Below are positions 27,298 through 35,604 of a stretch of 53,311 nucleotides of DNA, one piece after another (position 1 is the first letter of the stretch; every line of letters begins with the position of its first letter). Below the pieces are notes generated by a model, which was not told the origin of the DNA, ran no database searches, and saw nothing but the letters and a program-made list of their open reading frames with translations. The stretch comes from Thelocarpon superellum (Eukaryota), in assembly GCA_026025795.1 (NCBI GenBank), contig JAPEUG010000081.1, positions 1 to 53,311 on the forward strand, written 5' to 3'. The translations under genes were made by a program, and so were the position numbers.

Positions 27298-28048
27298 TCA
27301 GCTGCGTTGGAGGAAGGCTTCGCGTTCCAGCACCTCCGGCTGGAACTTGATGAGAAAGACCGTCTTCCCCGGCCAGAGCTCCGTGCCCACCCCATGTGCC
27401 GTCACCCGCGCGGGGAAGCCTGTGCCATCACACACGCCCTCGATGATGCCCGCCACGAAGGCGGCGCAGTTCAGTTGATTCATCTCCTTGGGCACAGAGA
27501 TGTACTGGTTGACGAGGGGGTCATTGTCCGAGATCATGTATTCGTCTTCGTGGTCCTTGGACCGCTCCAGCGCATCGGCCGGGCGCGAGAAGAGGTGTCG
27601 CCACAGCGTGGTCGTGATCAATTGGAGCAGGGGAAGGATCTTCGTCGGTCGTTGCGCCGTGCGCACGGGTTCGCGGTAGAGGAGGAGGTCGAGGAGACGT
27701 AGCCCCAAGGAATAGCCTTGCACATTGAGTCTGGAGCGGAGGCCCGTCAGCTGCGGACGCGCAACGCGACGCGGGAGGCGCCGCGGCCCCGACGTCCACC
27801 CACCGCTTCTCCAAGTCCTGGATGCCCGTGACGCGACGTTGTGCGTACGTGACCATCTCCCCGAAGAGGTAGGCGAAACTGGCCCGACTGAGCTCCGCCG
27901 TTCGGCTCCGGTTCAAGTTGCGGTCGTAGATGGTCTTTTTGTTGCTGGGGTACCGCAGTCCACCCACCGCTCCCCGCCCCGCTGCACCTTGACCAGATCC
28001 GGGCGGGACGCCGGACGGCGCCGGCTTCGCTGCTTGCGATGCACTCAT
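27298..28048 (-). CDS. TRS31: TRAPP complex subunit Trs31 (Bet3 family)
   Basis: LRYPSNKKTIYDRNLNRSRTAELSRASFAYLFGEMVTYAQ...LEKR|LNVQGYSLGLRLLDLL...YISVPKEMNQLNCAAFVAGIIEGVCDG..FPARVTAH. One intron. Confidence 0.95.
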
Positions 28049-28860
28049 CCTCCTCGTCTCGTTCACTAGAATGGGGACAGCGCCGGTCGAAGGTGGCTCG
28101 CAGAGAAGCTCAACGCATCGTGCGGGTCGACCAGTGCAAGACGTCAAGGAGTGACGGTGGAAATGTCTGAAGTGGGGAATATATTAGTTGTCTCGTGTAA
28201 ATCGCATTGGGTCGGCTGCGGCTCTGGCCAGTCCTCGCCGGAAGCTGTGAGAAGTTGACCGAGTGGATTGCACGGCAACAATATGATCGTTCATGCAGGT
28301 GGTTCGTCTGGGGCACCTCAGAGCGATGAGCAGCGCCTTTCGCCAACCGGACATTATCCGCCGTATCCCCCGCCCGTGATTTAGACACGTCGAGACGCAT
28401 GCGGATATTGAGTTGTAATGCCTTCTGGACCTCCTATTGGCCCACATTTGAAATGGTCACGACCAATCCCCCCAACACCGCGACGATCGATATGACTACA
28501 TTAGTGAACGTAGTAAATGATAGAATCGTTCACTGCAGATCACGGTGCAACTTCCCTTGCCGCAGCGACATCAACATCCCCGTCTCTCATCATGGGCACC
28601 GGCTGACCCCCGTCCCCTCCTTCACCGCTCTCTAAACTGCCGCGAGAGCCGCGTTCTGCCATCCTCCACCCCCCTCAGCCGCAATCCGGCTTCGACGCCG
28701 CCGCTCGGAAGGCACGACCACAGCAACACCAGCGACCACAGTGCACACTGACGACACCGTCGACGTCGTGGTGGACGACCGTCGGTGGTCAAGGCATTCC
28801 CACGGCTCGCCCTTCATCGTCCATGTTGCTTCCGTGATCGGGAGCACATCTTTCTCATCC

Positions 28861-30308
28861 ATGTCGGAGGCGGATCTCGAACATCGTTCTCCTCAGGCCG
28901 GCAATTCCCCCACCCTCACCCTGGCCGACCGCTCCCCCGCCAGTCCCGCGGCCGTCCCGGGACACGAGGGCTTCGTCGCGCCCTCGTCATACCTACGTCC
29001 ACGGACCGTGTCCAAGCCGAAGGAGACCCCACCTCCGCCGACCCCGCTGGACCTGGAACAAGCTCAAGGCTTGGTAGGGCCTCCATTTGTCGTCGGCGAG
29101 CGCACGAGATACACGTTCCTTGCTGACCGAGACTACGGGCGACCTACAGCGTGCCATACGCGCCTTTCTCAAAGTTCGTACCAGCTACGACGTCCTCCCA
29201 CTCAGTTTCCGCCTCATCATCTTTGATACCACGCTGTTGGTCAAGAAAAGCCTCAACATCCTCCTTCAGAACGGTGAGGAGTGGGGTTCCATGACATCCC
29301 CGCTGCCGCGGCTGATCGTGGTCAACCCACAGGCATCGTCTCCGCCCCGCTCTGGGACTCCAAGTCGTCTACCTTTGCCGGGCTGCTGACGACCTTTGAC
29401 TACATCAACGTTATCCAATACTACTGGCAGAACCCCGATGCCCTCAACCAGATCGACCAATTTCGACTGAACAGTCTGAGAGGTGAGTGTGCGACCGGCA
29501 CGTCGTGGGGTCGTGACCCCACGTCAACCACTCGACTAACTGCCCCGTCCGCAGAGGTGGAGAAGGCGATTGGCGTAGTGCCGATCGAGACCGTGTCCAT
29601 CAACCCACAGAAGCCGCTCTATGAGGCCTGCCGGCGGATGCTGGAGTCGCGGGCCCGTCGGATCCCCTTGGTCGACGTAGATGACGAGACCAACCGGGAC
29701 ATGGTCGTCAGCGTCGTGACCCAGTACCGCATCCTGAAGTTCGTCGCCGTCAACGTCACCGAGACGCAGATGTTGCGCAAGCCCCTGGGCACGTTGAGCC
29801 TCGGAACGTACGAGAATCTCTGGACGGCACACATGGACACGCCGGTCATCGATGTCATCCACATGTTCGTCAAGCGAAGCATCTCCAGCGTCCCTATTGT
29901 CGACAAAGAAGGTCAGACTACGCCTGCTCCACCGCATCGGGCCGCGCTGACAGACAGTAGGCCAGGTGCTCAACGTCTTTGAGGCGGTCGACGTCATCAC
30001 CATCATCAAGGGCGGCGTCTACGATGACTTGACCCTGAGCGTCGGCGAGGCCTTGACCAAGCGAGCCGAGGTGCGCTCCCGTACCAAGCCCCCATCACGA
30101 GAAGACATTCACTGAACAGAGCTAGGACTTCCCCGGCATCTACACGTGCACCCCGAACGATCGGCTGGATACCGTCTTCGATACGATTCGCAAGTCGCGC
30201 GTCCACCGTCTGGTGATCATCGACGAAGCCAACCATCTGAAGGGCGTGCTCACCCTCAGTGACATCCTCGAGTACATTCTGCTCGAGGGCGAGGGCGAGG
30301 AAGGTTGA
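28861..30308 (+). CDS. SNF4: AMPK/SNF1 gamma subunit (CBS domains)
   Basis: RAIRAFLKVRTSYDVLPLSFRLIIFDTTLLVKKSLNILLQN|GIVSAPLWDSKSSTFAGLLT, SVVTQYRILKFVAVN and SRVHRLVIIDE..LKGVLTLSDILEYIL. Five GT-AG introns, stop TGA at 30306-30308. Confidence 0.96.
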
Positions 30309-31379
30309 GACGAGACCGCACCAAGGATCTTCACTGCGCGTGTACGTGAGCATCAGCGCGGATCGGGATTGGGGCACGGCGATTCGGGAGGACACCTGGA
30401 GGAATATTTCTGTATTTTCTATAGACGGCCGATCATACATCGACTTTTTCGATGTTCCTTCAATACCCGGCGCCTCGTGCGCATTCCTTTCGTGCGCCAG
30501 GCGGTGCACCTCGTGCTCGTTGTTGGACGGGTGGCTGTCCTTTGACGTCGTGGCCTCATGAAAGGAACGCGGTTTATAGGACCTCTCAATAAGCAGCCGG
30601 GAAGGCGTACGAATCCAGTCAAGCCACCATCAACATTGTGCATTGCATGGTTCATCTGTGCCTCCCTTTCCCCATCTCTCTCACTATCAAGCTGGCTGAT
30701 CTCGTGCCCTAGCCTCTCCACCCGGGTCCCCCCTCGTGGGTACGTCCAACGGATCGCGACTGGCGCAGCCTTCCAGCCCGCTTTGGCACCCGGCGTGTCC
30801 GACCGCACCGTAGCCATCTGTTCCACGCTCCCTTATACGGAAGGGACCCCTGAGATTGTTTGGTGGTGGTCTTGTGGCAGAATCTGACTCAGCGCCTGGC
30901 GGATCCCCACTCAGGGGGAGGTTTCCCCGCTCACGGATAGGGGGGCGGGCTCCGTCGACGAAAACACCCTTTCAGCACCTTGGTGGGTGGCGTGGTCAGA
31001 CCAGCCTTTCGACTGAAGATGGGGCTCGTCTGCCGCTTCCTTATGCTGGATCAACCTGGCCGAAGACGGGAGGCACGCACTTTTTCTCGCGCCAGATCAA
31101 CCCTCCGGCGGGTGTCCGCCACATCAACCACACGAATATAGGAGGAGCTCCTCCCCGTGCCCTCCTCCGGCTATCATGAATCGAGGCGCGCCTTCCACGC
31201 TCACTCGATCATGCCAGGCGCCCGAGATCAACATGTTGATCTGCTATGGGCGCCGCTCGCGTCGCGCCCATAAAGCCGTGGTCATTTATCTTCGGCTTCC
31301 TTTCTCTTCTTCTTCTTCTCTTCTCCTCGTGAACACTTCCTTGGCTGAGCGCTCCCCCTCTTCCATCACGACGCCCATC

Positions 31380-33320
31380 ATGGCGTCCATCGTGAAGTTC
31401 ACCACCCTCATCTCCTCTCTCCGCGAGCACCGCTCGCTCTCTCGAAGGGTGTCCCCGTCGCGTCTGGCGGCACTCTCGACCTCGATCCCCACGGCTGCCG
31501 TCGCCCTCTCGCGAGGGCCTGACGCCGTGGTCGCCACATCTCGGACGCCCTCCAAGGGCTGGCTTTCACAGCAGCTCCTTGCGAGGACCTCCTCGTCCGA
31601 GTCCCGTGTCGACCGGGACGTTGTCGATCGAGTCGCCGCCGGCGACCTCCCGGCCCCTTCGCCTCTCTCGGCCGTCGTCGCCCTCCTGGCACGACGCGCC
31701 TGTTTCGCCGCCGCGGCTCGCGGTTCCTCGAGGTCACACGAGGACCGACGCCCGGCCGGCCCCTCCCCTCCCGCGTCCGCGACCCGCCGCTCCTCGAGGT
31801 CACACGAGGTCGGCGCCCGGACCGGATCTCCCTCTCTCGATGCACTCGATGCATTCGACCAAGCCGACTCCGCCGAGCGCGGATCCTCGCGGCCAGGCGA
31901 GGATACCAGCTCCCGGAGCGGCTCCCCCTTCCCTCTCGGTGCACTAGATGCATTCGAACCGACCGACTCCGCCGATGGCGACTCCTCACGGTCACATGAG
32001 GATAGCCCCCGGATCGGTCCCGCACTTTCGTCCGCCCCAACCGCCGGACCCGACGCGCCTGATGCCGACGTCGAGATCGACTCGAGCGATTGCAGCGCCG
32101 CGGCTTCGGCCGAGGCGTTCTCCCGGGTCGACACTCCGCCGCAGATTGCGCGCCTGCGTTCCGTCCTGGTCGATTGTAGCGCCGAGTTGCGAAACTCGGC
32201 ACTCTCCCAGGTCGGACGCAGTTCCGACGGTGCTTCGAGTCCCTGGGACTCGGAGTTGGATGGAAGCCTGGTCCAAGGACTTCCCGCCCCGATTGGCGCC
32301 ATCGCCCCGAGTTCCTCGGCGACACGCCAATCCAAGACGGAAGCACCTTGCGACCTCCTCGGCGCCCTCTTGAGGGTCGCCAACACCGAAGCCCCGGAGC
32401 AAGACCACCGTGGGCACGACATTCCATTGAGGAGTGTGCGTGTCCGGGCCTTGCTACCGACGCATTGCCCCATGCCCGAGCGGTCGACTCGCGTCGTCGT
32501 GGAGCGCATGGAGAGTCTCGCGGAGCTGTCGCCGCCAGTCGTCTCCTCCGACCGTGTCGGGGGTCACTGGCCCGGCAACTTCGCCGACTTCGGTCCCTTT
32601 GGGGCCATTTTCGCAATGCCGACGGGGCTTCAACCCGTCGCGGACGGCCCGGCACTGCCGGGACTGTTCGACGACTTTACGGCGTTCGCGCCGATCGATG
32701 GACGTCGCGAGACGGTCCTCGACGCGAGCCGTGTCGGAGACCTTCTGGTCAAGGCTCCGATGGTGGGAAGCGCGGCGACGACGGAGTCGGCTCCGATCGT
32801 CACACCGCCTCCCGCCGACCGGGCTGCAGGGATGCACGAGGCACCCGCCGCAGCCAGCTCGGCCGCCACCGCTCGATCCGCCTCCGGCGAGGTCGAGCGT
32901 CTCCCGGAGTCGCCATCGCGCGACCTCACCCCATCCACCGGCGACGATTCGAGTGCGCCCGGAGTAGGCCCTGGTGTCTACTCCGACGATCGCACGTCGT
33001 TCCCGGTCTGGTACGGACGGGAGCCGAGCAATTCGGAGGATTGGGGCTCCTTCGGCGGCGTTCCATCCCTGCGGCGCGCGTTCACTTTTGAGCGCCGCGA
33101 CCAGGGCATGGACGCCATGCGGAGGGAGATCCTTCGGCTTCACCGGCGGGTGGAGTCGAAGGACCGGGAGTTGGAGGAGAAGGAGGAGGCACTTCGGTGC
33201 AAGGACCAGGAAATCGAGCGGCTGCTCGAGGACCTGGCGTGGAAAGACGAGGAGCTGGTCTGGAAGGACGAGCTCCTGGTGGAGGTGAACGAGGAAGTCG
33301 AGCGACTCGAGAACGCCTAG
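31380..33320 (+). CDS. Intronless orphan Ser/Pro/Ala-rich protein with internal repeats and C-terminal acidic coiled coil
   Basis: Open frame 31176-33320, most plausible ATG at 31380 (MASIVKF) after a pyrimidine-rich leader. SSRSHE-type repeats. C-terminal heptads KDRELEEKEEALRCKDQEIERLLEDLAWKDEELVWKDELL. No family recognised. Confidence 0.6.
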   Translation: MASIVKFTTLISSLREHRSLSRRVSPSRLAALSTSIPTAAVALSRGPDAVVATSRTPSKGWLSQQLLARTSSSESRVDRDVVDRVAAGDLPAPSPLSAVVALLARRACFAAAARGSSRSHEDRRPAGPSPPASATRRSSRSHEVGARTGSPSLDALDAFDQADSAERGSSRPGEDTSSRSGSPFPLGALDAFEPTDSADGDSSRSHEDSPRIGPALSSAPTAGPDAPDADVEIDSSDCSAAASAEAFSRVDTPPQIARLRSVLVDCSAELRNSALSQVGRSSDGASSPWDSELDGSLVQGLPAPIGAIAPSSSATRQSKTEAPCDLLGALLRVANTEAPEQDHRGHDIPLRSVRVRALLPTHCPMPERSTRVVVERMESLAELSPPVVSSDRVGGHWPGNFADFGPFGAIFAMPTGLQPVADGPALPGLFDDFTAFAPIDGRRETVLDASRVGDLLVKAPMVGSAATTESAPIVTPPPADRAAGMHEAPAAASSAATARSASGEVERLPESPSRDLTPSTGDDSSAPGVGPGVYSDDRTSFPVWYGREPSNSEDWGSFGGVPSLRRAFTFERRDQGMDAMRREILRLHRRVESKDRELEEKEEALRCKDQEIERLLEDLAWKDEELVWKDELLVEVNEEVERLENA

Positions 33321-33414
33321 CAGCGTTCACGGAAGACTTCGGTCTTGCGCCCGTCCACGACTTTCGCCCTCGTTACCCCCGCCCCGTCCCCACGGAGCCG
33401 GCGACGAGAATCCG

Positions 33415-34061
33415 GAAGAAATTGAGGGTCGGCCAGCCGTGGCTTGCTGCGCGACCATTCTCCCTTCTCGATTCCCGCCACCAACGATCCCGACGACGCG
33501 GACGACTGGCCAGCCGTTGCTTGCTGCGCAGTCCTCCGCCATTCGGATCCCCGCTCCCCTCCTCCTCCTTTTACGACAAAGAAATTGAGGGCCGGCCAGC
33601 CGTTGCTTGCTGTGCAGCCATTCTCCCTCTGTCGTCACCCTCCCCTCCCCCCCGCCTCCCCCCGGACGATGATGGAGAAATTGAGGACTGGCCAGCCGTT
33701 GCTTGCTGCGCAGTCATTCTCCCTCCCAATTCGCCCGCTCTCCCCGGCAACGACGACGAAGAAGTTGAGGGTTGGCCAGCCGTTGCTCGCTGCGCACCTC
33801 TTCTCTCTTCGTCCCGTTGTCGGTCCCGGTGTCGACGCCGATCGCGGAGAAATTGAGGACTGGGCAGCCGTTGCTTGCTGTACGGTCATTCTCCCTTCCC
33901 GGTCGTCTCGATGCCCTCTCCCGTGTCGAAGACCTTGAGGGTTGGCCAGCCGTTGCTTGCTGCGCAACCATTCTCTCTTTGTCACATCTCGAACGTCATC
34001 CCCTGAACGCGAAGGAGTTGAGGGCCAGCCAGCCGTTGCTCGCTGCGTGGTCATTCTCCCT
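33415..34061 (+). repeat. Array 1: eight copies of a ~48-nt hairpin repeat separated by variable ~30-45-nt C-rich spacers
   Basis: Consensus GAAATTGAG-GNNNR-GC-CAGC-CGTTGCTT-GCTG-CG-YNNNC-ATTCTCCCT. Cores at 33433, 33510, 33596, 33692, 33776, 33864, 33946, 34029 (periods 77, 86, 96, 84, 88, 82, 83). Confidence 0.93.
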
Positions 34062-34298
34062 TCTCCTTCAGCCTGACGTCCTTTCTTCCAGTCGCTCTGT
34101 CGTCTGTCTTTACCGACGTCTGTCGTCTGTCGCGGTCGTCGTCCAGTCGCCTCGTCGCATATCGTTTCGTCTGCCGTCCACGATGCTCAATCATTTGATC
34201 GAACTCGGTGGCTGCGGAGTCCTACCCATCCCGGAGTATTCCGGCTTCTTGATGGTTTTGACCAATCTCTGCTCTGTCGTCCGCAAGGGACCAAGCAA

Positions 34299-35580
34299 CC
34301 AAACATCTTTCTGTCGTCCCCAAGCGACCCACCTGACATCCCGCCGGCGATCACCTCTCGAAGCCTCCTAGGCTCCTCGATCGCACGAGCAAATCTCATC
34401 GCTTTCGAGCAACCAAGCAAAACTTCCGCCGACGATCATCTCCTCGATCGCACGTGCACCCCAATCTCTTCTCTGTCGTCCACAAGCGACGGATCAAACA
34501 TCCTCCCCGGCGATCACCTTTTCGAGCTGCCCAAGCTCACGATCGCACGAGCACCGTGACCAACTCTTCTCTTCGTCGCTTTCCAGCGACTGCAAAAGCT
34601 CCTGACGTCGATCATCTCCTTGAGCACTTCCCGCTCCTCGATCGGACGCGCACTCGTGAGCAAAAATCTTTTTCCTCCTCGCTTTCCGGCGAATGTCGGG
34701 ATATCCTGCCGGCGCTCATCTCGAGCACTCCCTGCTCTCGATCGCATGTGCAACGGTGACCAATCTTCTTCTTCTTCATCGTTGTCACGTCGTCGTCGTC
34801 GTCGCATTCTTCTTTCGTCGACCGACCGGACCTCTGGCCGTCGATCGCCTCGTCAAGCTGCCCAAGCCCTCGATCGTACGCGCACTCATGACCAAACCTC
34901 TTCTCCTCGTCGCCTCTCAGCGACGAACAACTCTCTCTGCCGGCGATCACATGGAACACTCCTCGCTCCTCGATCGCACGAGCAAGTGTGACCAATCTCT
35001 TCTCCGTTGCTCCGAGCGACGCTCAAGTCCTCCCGCTGTTGATCATCTGGAGCCTCTCTTGCTCGATGATTGCACGAGCGATCGTGACCAAACCTTTATC
35101 TCTTCCTCGCTTACCAGCGACCGTACAACCCTTCCGCCGGCGATTGTCCGTTCGAGCTCTCCCCGCTCTCGGATCGCACGAGCGTCACCCTACTTCATGG
35201 TCGTAAGCAACGACGACCAATCCAATCCAATCCAAGTCCTTGTTGCCTTGCGACCACAAGCAACCTCCCCGCCGGCGATCCGATCACGAGCTCGAGCTCT
35301 CTTCGCTCCCTGATCGCACGAGCGCCAACATACGTCTCGGTCGTTAGCAACGAACGACCAAACCAAACCAAATTCCGTCGCCTGGCGACCAAAAGCAACT
35401 TCGTGCCGGCGATCATCTTCCTCGAGCAACTTTCGCTCTTCGATCGCACGGCCCTTCCTTTCTCCCTCTCGCGAGCAACTGCGACTGCAATCAATCTTCC
35501 CGCCGGCATTCACCTCCTCGAGCTCAGCCCGCTCGCTGTTTGCACGGGCGCCAACGCTCCCGTCGCCAGCGACGCAGCAA
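34299..35580 (+). repeat. Array 2: about twelve diverged ~100-nt units, each with two hairpin-forming motifs
   Basis: Unit is ACCAA..(Y-rich)..GTCGC-n-GCGAC...GCCGGCGATC..GAGC-n-GCTC..GATCGCACGAGC. GATCGCACG-like motif near 34379, 34446, 34541, 34640, 34740, 34872, 34972, 35068, 35172, 35312, 35442, 35538. Confidence 0.85.
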
Positions 35581-35604
35581 CTTCTGGCTCCTGATGGTAC
35601 TCAA

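Noticed and set aside
30947..31026. Hammerhead ribozyme (GAAA at about 30960, CTGAAGA at about 31013)
   Set aside because: The stems do not abut the core correctly. The GA of CTGAAGA is itself paired and no proper stem III or cleavage triplet forms.
30600..31300. Telomerase, RNase P/MRP or SRP RNA gene
   Set aside because: I found no CTAACCCTAA-type template and none of the conserved P4 or SRP helix-8 motifs.
33415..34061. True CRISPR array
   Set aside because: Eukaryotic context, no cas genes in the window, repeats are degenerate rather than identical, and spacers are low-complexity C-rich sequence.
33415..34061. Repeat-peptide precursor (EIEDWPAVACCAVILP; pheromone CaaX-like or dikaritin/KEP-like)
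   Set aside because: Only copies 3-5 form an in-frame run. There is no signal peptide or KR sites, and the amino-acid changes are better explained by base-pair covariation. A coding ancestry cannot be fully excluded.
33415..34061. SECIS, hammerhead or TPP-riboswitch identity for the repeat
   Set aside because: The minus-strand ATGA is present in only some copies and has no matching 3' GA quartet. There is no CUGANGA/GAAA core and no TPP consensus.
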